64,000 bases of DNA from Vicugna vicugna (taxonomy: Eukaryota). Below the pieces are notes generated by a model, which did not search any database, was not told the DNA's origin, and worked only from the letters and a program-made list of their open reading frames with translations. This document shows positions 39,010-51,511 of the stretch, one piece after another (position 1 is the first letter of the stretch; each line of letters opens with the position of its first letter). The stretch is taken from assembly GCA_013265495.1 (NCBI GenBank), contig MU058824.1, positions 1,577,111 through 1,641,110 on the forward strand. Direction: 5' to 3'. The position numbers and the translations under genes are program-made.

Positions 39010-39310
39010 TGTTTTTTTCAATTGTGGTGAAATATGTATAACATCAAATTTACCATTTAGCTGTTTTTAAGTGTCCAGTTCAGTGGCATAAAGTACGTTC
39101 ACATTGTTGTGCAACCATCACCACCATCTGTCTGTAGAACTTTTCCGTGTTTCCAAACTGAAACTGAGTGCTCATTTAATGACTCCCATTCCCCCCTCCC
39201 CCAGCCCAGGAAGCCACAGTTCTACTTTCTCTTTCTATGAATTTGACTGCTCTAGGTACCTCATCTAAGTGAATCATGCAATATTTGTCCTTTTCTTGTC
39301 TGCCTTATTT
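39010..39310 (-). mobile_element. L1MB-type LINE-1 3' UTR fragment
   Basis: aattgtggtgaaatat, cagttcagtggcat.aagtac.ttcacattgttgtgcaaccatcaccacc, tctatgaatttgact.ctctaggtacctcat. Confidence 0.88.
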
Positions 39311-40589
39311 GTCTTTCTGCTTGTTTTTCAAAATTTTGAGAAAAACTGCATTCAAATAATTTTTCAAGACTCAGGAAGGATCTGTTAAACCTACGGAGAA
39401 AACAAAGTGACAATTTCACAACGAGGTTGCTACTCTAGGAAAAAATAATCGTAATTTTTTCTGCATGAAAATGAATAAACCCTGAAAATCCTCCTGTTCT
39501 GTTTGCAGGATTTATTAAGGTAATTTTTTTTTGCCCTCCACCTGGGGAAGGGCACCTACTGGGTGTGACAGCGGTGTATGGAGCAGAGTCCTGAGGAAGG
39601 GATGGTATGGAGGCCACAGGCAGCCTTACTTTGCCCTGTATCTGGGTGGGGGTCCTATCATGGTTAGAAATGGGCCCGGTTTCAAGGGGTGGTTCTGGCA
39701 AGACTCACTGTAGAGGCACCGAACCACCACATGTAGGAAACCTCTCAGAACCTTGGAGCTTGGAGTGCCCAGAGGCTGTCCTGGGATGAAGATCTTGAAG
39801 CCCAGAGACAAGAGGGCCCCAGCGCAAGGTCACCCAGCAAATGGCAAACAATGGGAGCCCAATCTTGAGTCCGGGGTATCTCTGCCCTCAGGTCTGGGTA
39901 TGAATAGCAACACAGGCCCTCCAACATGCACTTGCTCCCAGGGCCCACAAATGCCATCCAGCTTGATCCACCCTCTGCCATGTGAAGGAGGCAGGCTCAC
40001 TGGACCTGTTTTATGTGAAGTGCAGGAGAGCTGAGACCTGCCCAATGGTCCCCAGTGAGGAGCTGGAGTAGAGGGTGGGGGCTGGGCCGTGGCTCCCAGT
40101 CCAGGCAGAGGCACTGCTTTGGTACACGGGGTCCTCTAGCTCAGCGCTTTGCCCACCTGCATCCCCACTGCCTCTGTGCTGTTATGCAGCTGGTGTGTCA
40201 CATCAGCGTGGTGTGAGGCCATCTGGGGAGTTCTCAGCCCCTCAGATTCTGAGATTCTGAGTAGCTGTTTTCATTGGCAAGGCTTAGATGCTTCTGGAGT
40301 TTGGAGGGGAGCTTTCTCCAAATCATTACAGACCTTAGTTGCTTTGACTTTCACTAGTATGTTAGGGACAATAGCTGTGGCCATGGTTTAATAATAATTA
40401 TGATGACTATTACTGATTCCCCGTGATGCTCTCTGGGGCCTGCTCTCCACTGCCTCCTCCCCCACAACTGCCCTCCCAGATGTCCCTCCCACCGTCCTGC
40501 GTAGCCTCTCCCTTCTGTGTGCCCTGTGCTCTGTGCCAGGAGTCAGTCATTGCTGAAACCTCCTAGTTCACTCCCTTCCCACCACCACC

Positions 40590-41175
40590 CTGCACAGCCT
40601 GTCCCCTACTTCCTTTTTCCATTTAGCACTTATTACATGTAGCACGTTTTACTTATTACTATGCTCTCTAACATTTACTAACATTTTACTTTCCCTACTC
40701 ATTTATTCTCTCCTTCCTCCACAGAAATAAAAGCTCTCAGAGGTGGGCCTTTTTTTCCTGCTGTGTCCCTGCCACCTATCACAGTGCCTGACACATAATA
40801 AGTGCTCAAATAATTCTTGTACAATGAATGAATGAATGAAAGTTCTACTCACTCTCCTCTACCCTCTCCATCTGGCTAATTCCTCCTTACGTATCAAGAG
40901 GTTCAGCGTAAGCACCTCCTCCTTCAGGAAGCCAACCCTGATTTCTGGTACTGGGTTCAGTGGCCTTTTCTGGGCCCTACACTGTCTGCTGCCCATTTCA
41001 TGGAGTGCTTTCCCAGCCTGTGCTGTGATTGCTTCTTGGCGCCTCTCTCATCTCCACTAGCTAGTGAGCTTATTGAGGATATGCTCTGACTTGTTTCCTT
41101 TGTTTGCCCAGCGCCTGGCACAGAGCATGGCCCATGCGAGGTGCTCAGTAAATGCCTGGTGCATCGAACTGAATC
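40590..41175 (+). mobile_element. Two consecutive L2 3' ends
   Basis: cagtgcctgacacataataagtgctcaaataa...tgaatgaatgaatga (~40840); second ends gcctggcacagagc...gaggtgctcagtaaatg. Confidence 0.75.
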
Positions 41176-42654
41176 AGCACAGAGTTAACATCTAACGAAG
41201 GGCTCTTGGGCATCTGCCCCACTCAGCCCTGGAAGGGCCCTAGGGTTAGGCCTTCCCAGAGCTGCTTCCCTGTTTTACAAAGAAGGGAGGTACAGAGATG
41301 TGCAAGATGGGACAGGCTGCCCTCTGAGGGTCTTCACCTCTGCCTGGCCTTCCAAATGCTACTGCTCTTAGAGTTTTGCCAGCCCCCTGGCAAGGGGTCC
41401 TGCGAAGGGGCCTCCTCAGTGTGGATTGTACTTCTAAATGTGCTGCTCCTAGCTGCCCCAAGAGCCCCTTTCCAGGCAGGGGGTGCTTCCCATCCCTCAG
41501 AGTCTAGAGCAGCACTCAGCAGTGCCATCTGGGTGGTTAGTGCCATGATGAGCTTGGGGACCCTTTTGCAGGAGCTCAGCCATAGGGTGGAGGCAGGCAA
41601 GCATTGTGTCCTGGGGACAGAGGCCTGGGAAGGCATGTTCGGACTTTAGACTTGGAGGGGCTGGGGTGTGGGAACAGGGTGATGAGGTGGGCACCCAGCC
41701 AGGCCCATGGATGCCTGTGTAACGAGGCCCCCAGAAGTCAAGTGGGGTCAGCCTGTGCCTGGGGTCAGGTGGCTGTGGGGATGGGATCTAGGGAAGCAGG
41801 CCGAGTTTTGGAGTGATGAGAAAACCCCTTCTCAAAAAGGCTTCTGAAGACAGGTGCCTGCAGCAGCCCATGCAGCGGAGAGGTCGAAGGACTTGTGACA
41901 GGAATTGGAAGTTTCCTTGAGTAGAGGCCCCTGGTTGTGGTGATGTGTGACAGAGACCCAGCCTTCATCCATCAGGTGGGGGAGTGACCGCCATGTCCCC
42001 AGCTGGAGGACAAAAGAGGCACATAATTAACTCCAGCTGAGCTGCTGCTGACGCCGGCCCCGCCTTAAGTAATGAGTGTGGCTGCGGGGAGGTGGGGTGA
42101 TGATTCTGTTCCACCTGTGATCACCCTTCATCTCCAGACCGGCACACAGTGAGTGTTTGAGTGCAGGTAGGGTCTGTGTCAGGCTGCAGCTCTGGCCTGT
42201 GTCCCAGGAAGGACTGTCAAGTTTGGGGATGTGCTTCCCTAGGGAAAGTTGGTGGAGCAGGCAGCTGGCCAGCGCCTCACCTGTATCAGGTGCAGTGCTG
42301 GACTGGTGGCATCCCCAGGACCCCAGGTCCCCTCCTGGCTCCTCTACCTCAGTTTTTGGTAGCTCAGGACTCACTGGGCCCCGGGAGGAAGTTAGGGCTC
42401 CCTTCTTCCTCTGCAGTTTCCCTTCCTCTTGTGCCAAATCTGACCACTTCCCTCTGTCCCTCTTGTTGCCCTGTCTTTGGCTTCTACCATCTCCCACCTG
42501 GACCCCTGTGCTGGTCTGATTACTCATCCCCGTGTCCAGTCTCTCTTCCTTCTAATAATGTCCTTCAAGTGGCAGCCACGGTTGCCCATCTCAACCTGAG
42601 GGGGTCATCGCCATTCAGCTCTGATGATGTCAGTATCAGTTTTAAACCCTTTAA

Positions 42655-42788
42655 TAAGGGGTTTAATAAGTACAGTTTCTCTGGGATGCTGAAAAAGTTC
42701 TGGAAATAGTGGTGATGGTTATACAACACTGTGAGTGCACTTAATGCCACTGAACTGTACACTTGAAAATGGTTAAAATGGTTAAAAA
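42655..42788 (+). mobile_element. L1MB 3' terminal fragment
   Basis: gaaaaagttctggaaatagtggtgatggtt.tacaacactgtga...ttaatgccactgaactgtacactt.aaaatggttaaaatgg. Confidence 0.85.
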
Positions 42789-43149
42789 ACAACCAAATGA
42801 AAATAAAAACTCCCCAAGGCTCCCAGAATTGGGTATGGCCCCTTACATTGGTGCTCAGGGGCCCCCAGAAGCTGCCTCAGCCTCCCTTTCCAATCCCACC
42901 TCTCATTTCTCCATTCATTCTTGGAGTGCTCCAACTCAGCATGCCACTTACTGTTTCCTTGCCTTTTTCCTGTTTCTTTGCTTCTTCTCATGGAAATTCA
43001 GGATTAGAGTCTACTCCTTTACTCAGTGAAGAATCCTTTCTACAACATCCTCCTGTAGGCTTCTGCTGGAACGCCCACAGTCACAGGCAGCCCACTGCTT
43101 TACAAGACATTTTACCCCATCTCTGGACTGTAAGAGCTCAGATTGTAAA

Positions 43150-43835
43150 AGATAAGAGTTAATGTTTGGAGTATGATGCTCTGGATTTGAGTCCTGGTGC
43201 TTCATGACTTACTAGTCGTGTGACCTAGAACTTGTCAGTTAAGCTCCCTGAACCTCTGTTTTCTCCTCTGTTAAATGAGGGATAATACAGGTGACATTAT
43301 GGATTTGGGTCCAGGCCACCACAATAAAGCCAGTCACATGAAGTTTTTGGTTTCCCAATGTGTATAAAGTTATTTTTACACTACACTGGCGTCTATTAAG
43401 TGTGCAATAGCATTATGTTTAAAAAAGAAATGTACATACCTTAATTAAGAAATACTTTATTGCTAAAAAATGCTAACCATCATCTCAGCTTTCAGTAAGT
43501 CGAATATTTTTGCTGGTAGAGGGTTTGAAATATCGTGGAAATTATCAACATGTGACACAAACAAACTGTGCAAATGCTGTTGGGAAAAATGGCACTGATA
43601 GACTTTCTAGAAACAGAGTTGTCACAAATCTTCAGTTTGTTAAAAAACAAAACAATGCAGTATTTGTGAAGCACAATAAATCAAAGCTCAATTAAATGAG
43701 GTGTGTTTATAATGACATCTCAAAGAGTCATTGTGAATATTAAAGAAGATACATTATGAATAACCAATAAGATAATGCACATAAAGAATCTAGCATAGTG
43801 CCCAGCACATAGGTCAGTGCTAAAGAAGCGTTAGC
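43150..43835 (+). mobile_element. MIR SINE split by a Tigger1 derivative
   Basis: ttactagtcgtgtgacct...tctgttaaatgagggataata | insert | atgacatctcaaagag..ttgtgaatattaaa...gcccagcacatag. Confidence 0.8.
43288..43709 (-). mobile_element. Internally deleted Tigger1 (TcMar) DNA transposon, ~420 bp
   Basis: Both Tigger1 ends are present (ccaggccaccacaataaagc...gtctattaagtgtgcaatagcattatg...; gctgttgggaaaaatggcactgatagact...aaatgaggtgtgttta), flanked by TA at 43286-87 and 43710-11. Confidence 0.85.
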
Positions 43836-43879
43836 TAGGTATATATTCATTGAAGCAAAATCTGTCACACGAACCAAAA

Positions 43880-44230
43880 CACAGATTGCTAGGGCAGGAA
43901 GGAAGCTGAGAGACCAACTGTGGCAGCCATTTGTAGTTCCCCTCTCCTGCTGGCCAAGTTGCGCTTTGGGTCCCTGGTACTCAGTGGGGCCACGTCTGGC
44001 CGGTGAGTTCCATTTAATTGCTGATTGACCCTCTCCGGAGTTTTCTCTTTCCTTCTCTGTTTGCAACAGGCAGCATTCAAGATGGTAGTTGTTCCATCAG
44101 CTTGGGCCTCTGAGTGACTAGGATGTGCCAAGCTCCCTCTTGCTGAGAGAGAAATCAGCTTTTTATGGTGTGCTCCACTGAGGTTTGGGGGATTGTTGCC
44201 ACAGCATAGCCTAGCCTCTCCTGACTTGTA
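43880..44230 (+). mobile_element. Old MaLR LTR fragment (MLT1J/K-like)
   Basis: tccatcagcttgggcctctgagtgacta...tgagagagaaat...ccactgaggtttggggg.ttgttgccacagcatagcctagcct.tcctgact. Confidence 0.65.
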
Positions 44231-44559
44231 AACCAGTTAACTCAATCTTCTTGTTTTGTAAGTGAAGCCCAGGTGAAGAGGAGGGCTAGGGCAAGGCAAG
44301 GGCAGGCCTGAGGCTCTCATCCAGGCCCACATCTGTGCTTGACATCGCTGGCTCTGTTCTCCCTTTGGTATCTTTCTTCATCGGTCTTCCCCGTCACTGA
44401 GCTCCCATTAAGGAGGCCATTGTAGTGACCCGTCTGATTGGGTCCCATTGATGTCACATGCTGGTCAAACCCAAGCCTCAGGGCCTCTTAGTTAATGGGC
44501 CTCTAAGAAGTGAGCTCCTCTGTGGACACACATCCTTCCCGGGGTGCTAGGCCAGGTTG

Positions 44560-45360
44560 CTCATGAAGCCTCTCACCTGGACTGTTGCTCCCCACGCCCT
44601 GCTGGCCGCCTTCTTTCCCATCAGGCCTCCCTCCTCTGCACCAGCTGCCAGAGGCATCTGCACACAGCACAGCCTCCATCCTGGCACTCCCCTGATGAAA
44701 GTTCTGCGCTACCTCCTGCTGCCTAGAGAAACGAAACTATACTCTGCCTGGTGTTCAGGGCTCCCCAGGGACTAGCCAGTCTGACCCCACATATCTGTCT
44801 CCTTCCACCTCTCTTCCCTACTCTGTGCTCCTGCCAGAGAAGCAGGTACCACACTTCTCCTGTGTGCCCTGCACTATCCCCTCCGGGACACTGCTCATGC
44901 TGGAATCCCAGCCTGCAGTGCCCTCCTACCACTGCACTCTCTTCCTCATCTTCCAAGGCTCAGCTGGAATGTCACCTCCTCCAAGAAGTCCTGGCAAAAT
45001 ATCTCAGTGTGGTTTGACCATTCCTTTCTTTATGCATGACTTGAGTCTCTACCACAGTTCCCACTTTTATCCTGCCTTATGTTTCAATCTTCTCTCCTCC
45101 ACTGAAGTAAGAGCTCCCTCATGAGCAGGACCAGATGTAAACTTCCTCGTGTCCCCAGCACCTGCCACAGGATCTGACTCTTCACCATTGCCCCTGAGTG
45201 TTAAAGGAGTGAATGAGGGTTCCAGACCTCCATTACACCTTGTACTACATTTTACTAAATTATTTCTGCACCTCCTCTAGATTGTAAGTCTCCTGAGGGG
45301 ACTTATACCTATCTCATACCCCTGTATCTAGCCCAGGTCCTCAGCATGTGTGGAACCTGT
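44560..45360 (+). mobile_element. L2 LINE fragments
   Basis: tctcacctggactgttgc, tcttccaaggctcagctggaatgtcacctcctcca, gtgtccccagcacctgccacag, ctagattgtaagtctcctgaggg. Confidence 0.7.
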
Positions 45361-46329
45361 GTGCCCCTCAGAAGAGCACACTGCAGAGGCGTATGTGGAG
45401 TAGAAAGGAGTGAAAGTGGCCTGGTGGCTTGTAGCTGGAGTGTGTCCCTCCTCAGCAGGTGACCTGGTCCCCATTCCCAGGGGAAGGACTGCAACTTGTG
45501 AAATTTCTGCAAACCTGCAGAAGGAGCACCCCCTACCTTCCTGACAGGCAGACTGCATACACTTTGTGTTCATGACCCTGAGTTTTTAAAATGTCACTCC
45601 TGCATATGTGGGGGTACTTACTGACAGCTAATTAGGAAACACAGTTTGTATCTACCAGTCTTTGAAAAACATTTTGTAAACTAGGTAATTGGCTTTCCCA
45701 GTGCAGAGGAGAGATGTGTGCTACGGCTCCATCATCCTCCAATAACATAGTCTGCAGCCGGCCAGCAATTCAGAGTGACAGCTTCAGGGAGAATACAGAA
45801 ATGCCAGTTTTTCTCAGTATCCAAGATGGACATTCTGGCTCTCTGGAGACTTTCAGAAGCAGATGGTCTGTCCATCACCCTGGGGAAGAAGTGTGAAAAA
45901 CTCAAGATGGCAAGAGTTAATAAGCTCTTTGGAATAGAGCTAAGCTGTGGTTACTCTTGTTTCAGGCTGTATCCACCAGCAACGATTGTATCCACCATGC
46001 AGCAATAATTTCGTCAAGCCAGTATGTACTAGATACCTGTTTGGAGCCAGGCCCTCTGAGGGCACAAGGGGACAGAGGGTTCGAAGGCCACCCAGTGCAG
46101 CGAATCTGAGTTACATCTGATCATCTCCCTTGAACTCTAGTTTGACATCAGTGTCCTGATTGATAGGGGAACACTTGTAAATATACAGCATAATTTCTTC
46201 CTATCTTTTCCTATAATCTTATTTTGTCTCTCTTTAAACTCTTCTCAGCTTTCTGTAATAGTGTCCCAGGTGTGTTGATTTTCTTATGTTTCAACATTTT
46301 TATAGTAGATAGTTAAGAATGTTTACTGG

Positions 46330-47075
46330 TCAATGCAGTCTCATCTCAGTAACAAACACCCCTATGTTTCAAGTGGTTCAATGCGTTAAGGTGGTTTCTT
46401 GCTCATGTCATAGTCAAGTGCAGGTCAGAGGGTGTGTTGGTTGGGTCCTCTGGGAAGCAGATGCCCAGAGTTCAAGGTGCATTGGGAGAAATGCCCATGA
46501 AAGAAAGAGGAGAGAGAGCAGAGAAAGGCAGGGCAAGTCTTCAGAGTGTCGGCAGGTCTGCCACTTGTGAAAGCAGAGGGGGAAGGAAGGAGAGGTGGGT
46601 AGGAAGCGACTCAGGAAGCAGTGCAGCTCTGAGAAAGTCTCAACCCGACCAGAGGGGCTCAGGGTTGCCCGTAGCTCAGTCTTGTTCTGGCCAGAAATCG
46701 TGAGCCTGTGTTTGGCCGCCATGCTCAGTCAATGATTTGGGTTGCCTACAAAGAGCCAGGCATATTCTGAAGGCAGTGCTCCCAGCGTCTGTCAGCTTGG
46801 AAGGCTGCCCTCCACATGACAGGTCCTCTGGCAGCAGTGGTGTCCCTCCATGATGGCCACAGGGACTTGGGGTTAGGGGAGCTTCCAGGTCCTTGGAGTC
46901 TTCCCCACTCACACTATGTATGGAAAGAGAGCAGGAGCACCCATGAAAAGGTTTTATAGGCCAGTCCTGGGCAAAGCACCCATCATCTTTGCTCATATTC
47001 CATTGCCCAAAACTCAGCAGTCACACCTGATTGCAAAGAAGGCGGGGAATGAAGTGTCATTGTGTGCCCAGGGAG
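46330..47075 (-). mobile_element. Old MaLR LTR (MLT1K/L-like) containing an LTR16 insertion
   Basis: cagtaacaaacacccc...tttcttgctcatg on the left; ttttataggccag...tttgctcatattccattgccca.aactcag...tgtgtgcccagg on the right. Confidence 0.65.
46433..46861 (-). mobile_element. ERVL solo LTR, LTR16 family
   Basis: ttgggtcctctgggaagcagatgcc, gcagtgcagctctgagaaagtctc, atgctcagtcaatg, ends ...ctccatgatggccaca. Confidence 0.75.
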
Positions 47076-47099
47076 ATCAGAATGCCAACTCTGCCTCTT

Positions 47100-47300
47100 A
47101 CTCAGTGTGTAAAAACTCTGGACACATCACTCACGTGACTCTCTGACCCTCAGTTTCTTCATCTGTTGAAGTGTGGATAATAGGACATGTTTCACAGTGT
47201 TGTTGTGAGGACTGAGTTAATATGTATTTAAAAGTAGAACAGTGCCCAGCACAAATAGAGCAGGTGATACAGCAATTGCCCTGCTGTTATCACCATTCTT
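47100..47300 (+). mobile_element. MIR SINE
   Basis: ctctctgaccctcagtttcttcatctgt...gttgttgtgaggact.agttaat...agaacagtgcccagcaca. Confidence 0.8.
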
Positions 47301-48261
47301 ATTTCCAGATTTAATGTGTCCGTAAATGTTTCTTGAGTGAGTACTCTGTTTGAGGAATCTTTATATGTCACAGGGACTTATTATTTCTCATAGCACTTAG
47401 TGGATGCTCAGAAAATGTTTGAATGAATCAATTTCAATGGAAAAAATATAGTGTATGTTGAATTCGGTTGACCATGGTGCTTGGATAATTTTTAACATGC
47501 TTTAGCAATAATAAATGTTAAGTCCTGTGCTTTGGCTTAGAAAGCCAATCACAGAAGAACAGAAAGAGACAGACTTAAATGGCTGAGAAAGTATCGTGAG
47601 TGTGAAATGCCTACCAGTTTAAAAATGAGTTTCTGTCTCTATAAAAATAATATATGCTTTAAAAAATTTCAGGCAAAACACGTTAAGTACAAAGAAGAAA
47701 GTTTTTTAAAAGTCACTCAAAATCTTACTGTTTTTAATGTGAATAACTCTCATTCCTGACATCTCTCTATGCATTCAGTTAGAGAAATGGACAAATAATT
47801 TTATAAAAAGATCATTATTACATGCTAATTAAAATTGATGTCAAATTTTATTTATTTGTATGTCAGAAGGAAAAAAGAAGAGTAAAGCAAAAAGAATTTC
47901 TCAATATTAAACAGTTTTACCTTTGCTACAGAAAATAATTGTTTTTAAAATATCTAAGGGTAATAGAAGATTATGAAGAGCAGTGAGGTTAGAGCTCTGG
48001 CTTTTAAACTCCAGTTTTCCACTTTAGATGGTATCGATTAAAATCCTTGTATGGAAGAAAAGGAAATTAGCAATCTCACAACTCCTTTTCTATCTTCCAC
48101 CTTCTTTATTTTCTGCTACATTATATTAGCTTTACATTGCTGATTGTTTCATGTTAAATGGATCCAGCTCTCACAATCACTCCTTTTTATCACAAGCCTT
48201 CCTTTCCTGAGGTCTGTATTTTGATTCATCTTGTGGTTGGCTAGATTTTATCATCGAGTGG

Positions 48262-48299
48262 TTTCTTTCTTTCTTTCTTTCTTTCTTTCTTTTTCTTTC
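48262..48299 (+). repeat. (TTTC)n microsatellite
   Basis: tttctttctttctttctttctttctttct. Confidence 0.95.
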
Positions 48300-48499
48300 C
48301 AAGAAAAGTTCATAGGTGTTTTGTTATTAAGATTACTTGTGCTGATTTAGTAGTCTTTACTGACAGCAAGCTCTGTGCGAAGCAGGTACCAAGTAGAAGG
48401 CCTGCTGTCTGAGAATATATTAATAGAAGTCTGTGCTCAGAATGCGGGAGGTGATCGTTTCATTCAGTTTAGCATTGCGGCTAGGTATGCTCTAAGCGA

Positions 48500-49325
48500 A
48501 TCAGTAAGGAAAAGACAGACAATCCAACTGAAAGATGGACAAAATCATCAGTCCAAAAGGGGAAACAGAAACTATACAAACATACAAAAAGATGGGTTAT
48601 CCTCCTTAATAATCAGGAATATACAAATAGAAATGACATCAAATATCCCTAAGATTGGCAAAAATTAAAGTTGGTGAGGATGAGGAGTAATGGTCCAAAT
48701 GCTGCTGGTGGGAGTGTAAATGGCTAAAACCAGTTTGATAAAACATGGGAAATCTTGTGAGTCAACGATTCCACTTCCAGGTTTATACCCTAGAGAAGCT
48801 CTACACATGTCTGCCAGGAGATACATATAGCTGTCTTGCTTACATCAGCAATCAAAACAAGACACTGGAAACAACCCAAGTGTCCATCAACGGGGGAATG
48901 AACAAATAGACCATGGCATGTTCACACAGTGGAATACTACTTAGCTGTGAAAATGAATGAACTGCAGCTTTGTTCAGCAACAAAAATCTCACAGACATAA
49001 TGTGAAGTCATAAAAGCAAGTTTCAGGCATGATTCCACTTACAGATACATTAAAAAAATCAGTTAAATTAAGTGATAACAGTGTTTCGGGCATGTATATA
49101 TATAATAAAACAACAAAGAAGAGCAAGGAAGGATAAACACAAAGTTTAGAGTAAGTGTTCTTCCTGGGTTAAGGAGAGATATGTGCCAGGTGGGCACACA
49201 GGGCCTTCGGCATAAGCTGGGTGTTGGGTATACTGTATGTTCACATTGCTATTTCCCATGCTTTATATAAGTTATATGTATACATATATGTATTCTTTTC
49301 TGTGAATGAAATATTTCATATAAAT
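48500..49325 (+). mobile_element. L1ME-type LINE-1: decayed ORF2 C-terminus and 3' UTR
   Basis: gctggtgggagtgtaaatgg, attccacttccaggtttataccctagaga, tggaaacaacccaagtgtccatcaac, gtggaatactac...aaaatgaatgaact, tgaaatatttcat. Confidence 0.85.
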
Positions 49326-49339
49326 TCTTGTTTTAGATA

Positions 49340-49555
49340 AGACAGTGCTCTTAAGTGGTACTGCTTGGGATTGAATCCTTACCATTTATGTGACCTTGGG
49401 CAAGTTTTAAAATATTCTGAACTTTAGTTTCCTTCTCTGTGAGATGGAAATAATAGTACTTACCTTACATAATGTTTGAGGAGTGAATAGGATAATTTAT
49501 GTGAAGTTCTTATTATCATGCTTGACACATAGTAAGTGTGCAACACATTACTTTG
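49340..49555 (+). mobile_element. MIR SINE
   Basis: tgtgaccttgggcaagtt...tagtttccttctctgtgagatgg.aataatagtacttacct...tgacacatagtaagtg. Confidence 0.8.
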
Positions 49556-49569
49556 CTTTTCTGTGCAGT

Positions 49570-50270
49570 GCAGATGGAGGTATTTGGGGTGCATCCTAGG
49601 AATATGTTCTCTGAAGCCTTTCCATAGGATGCTCACAGACAAGAAGGATGTGAAATTGTATCGTAGGGGGATGATGAGAAGAGCTAAGGATCCTTTGGCC
49701 TGAAAGCATCTCATGGAGGGAGGCTGGCTAAGTTTAGGTATCTAAAGGGTGCTCATGGGGATGGAGGACTGTACATGTTCTATGAGGTTCTAGAGCAAGG
49801 GTGGGCAAACTATGACCGATGGCCCAAATCTGGCTGCTGCCTGTATTGTAAATAAAATTTTATGGGATTGCAACCACATTCATTCTTTTATGTTTTGTCT
49901 GTGGCTGCTTTTGTGCTACAAAGGACTGAGAAGTTGCGACAGAGACCATATGGCACACAGAGCCTAAAATGTTGATTTCCTGGCCTTTTATGGGGAAAGT
50001 TTGCTGACCTTTGCTGTAGAGTGAGAACTTGGACCAGGGAGTGCAAAAGGAGGGTGATTTCAAGACCATAAGAACTTTCTAAGAAACAGATCTGGCCAAT
50101 AATGAAGTAGTTTCCTAGTGAAGGAGTGAGACCCCTGCCACTGGAGGGCTGTAAGCAGATTGCTGATTGCTCCTGGAGCAGGATACATAAAGGGGTCCTT
50201 TGTGTCAGGGGCACATGTTGGACACATTAGCTTTTACATACTCCATACTCCTTCAGTTCTGAAATTCTGT
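49570..50270 (+). mobile_element. L3/CR1 LINE 3' fragment interrupted by MER58A
   Basis: tttggcctgaaag, aagaactttcta, gtgagacccctgccactggagg..tgtaagcaga, ccttcagttctgaaattctgtg. Confidence 0.6.
49796..50013 (+). mobile_element. MER58A hAT-Charlie MITE
   Basis: TIRs caagggtgggcaaact / agtttgctgacctttg; 8-bp TSD ttctagag / ctgtagag (6/8); internal gttgcgacagagaccatatggc...agcctaaaat. Confidence 0.9.
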
Positions 50271-51511
50271 GCAGAGTAATTCCCGGTTTCAAATTGGTCA
50301 TTATTAACTCTGACATTTTCTTGGCATTTTTACATTTTAACTCTCAGCAACATTTTTTTTTGAAATTTTTAAGTCAAAAAATTTTAATTCTTTAAAAATG
50401 AGATTTAAATGAAAATGGATTTTATCCCAGAGTTCCACTCTTTCATTTAAAAAAAAATTGATTTTCATGGCTTTTGGATCTATTCCCATTTATAGGTGCT
50501 GAATTTTAAGAGCCTGTATGTGTCCATTATGATTTCCCTGAGACAAGTCCATCTTGGCAGGGAAGGAGAAGCCTTTGGAAATGAAATGGGAAGGGAGTTG
50601 GAGGTAATGACCATGAGCTACTGGAGGTATGGAATCTGTGAAAGGCAAGGAGGAAAAATCCTGGAGAGAAGACGGGAGGGAGGGCGTGAATTAGTGAGGG
50701 CCTACTGTGTGCCAGAGCCCCTGTCCAAGAGACAGGACTGCAGATCAGAGGCTGTGGCTGGTCATTCAGCTCTCACTTACTGCATGAGAATGTGAACCAT
50801 GATGGAATTAGCTTCCTGTCTGCCAGTCAGGTGTGGCCAAGCCAACTGTCAGAATACCCTCTCGAGGGGAGTTAGGGGAATTTCTGGTGGAGGACATTGG
50901 GGAAGTAGAACAAGATAAAACCTGTAGCTTTCTTCCAGGACACGAGAACCCCTTTATAGGGGCTCTGAGAGCAATTCATCAAAAGCCAAATCGCTCAAAG
51001 ACAACATGTCATAAATAATTTCCCAGAATGATGATTTTGCCCAGTGACCAGCTCACTAAAATCCATCTGACAGACACCTTAAATGGTGGATAGAAAAGCT
51101 TCAGCATTTCCCTGGCTCATGGAGGGGCAGGTCCAGAGCCCGTAAGAAGAAGACAATAATAAACAGGCATTAGGGCAGCATCTTTAAGCACAGCATTTAG
51201 GAAGGACTGAAATACAGTTGAAATTGACTTTCACTTGATCCGCAAGGACAAATCCTTATGAAATGGCCATGCGAAGTATCTGCAAAGAATCCCTTGGGAA
51301 ACTCAAACTTAGAGAAATTCCCCAATGATTTGGTGAATCGATCATCAGGCAAACTGATGTGTAGTGGATTAACTTTCAGCGAGTGGCCTATAGTGTCTGT
51401 GCTCAAGTGACTGACTCACCCAGCCTCGCCTGCCAGACACCCGCCTGCACCTCCCGAGGCCAGCGGCAAAACTCATACACAGGCAAGGACATCTGGGGTC
51501 ATTCTCCTTTA

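Noticed and set aside
42027..42709. Overlapping 166/120/182-aa ORFs on both strands
   Set aside because: GC-rich stretch with few stops, no recognisable protein similarity or exon structure; the last ORF runs into an L1MB end.
48375..48668. 97-aa ORF with L1-like lysine-rich residues
   Set aside because: Degenerate remnant of the L1ME ORF2 C-terminus; not an intact gene.
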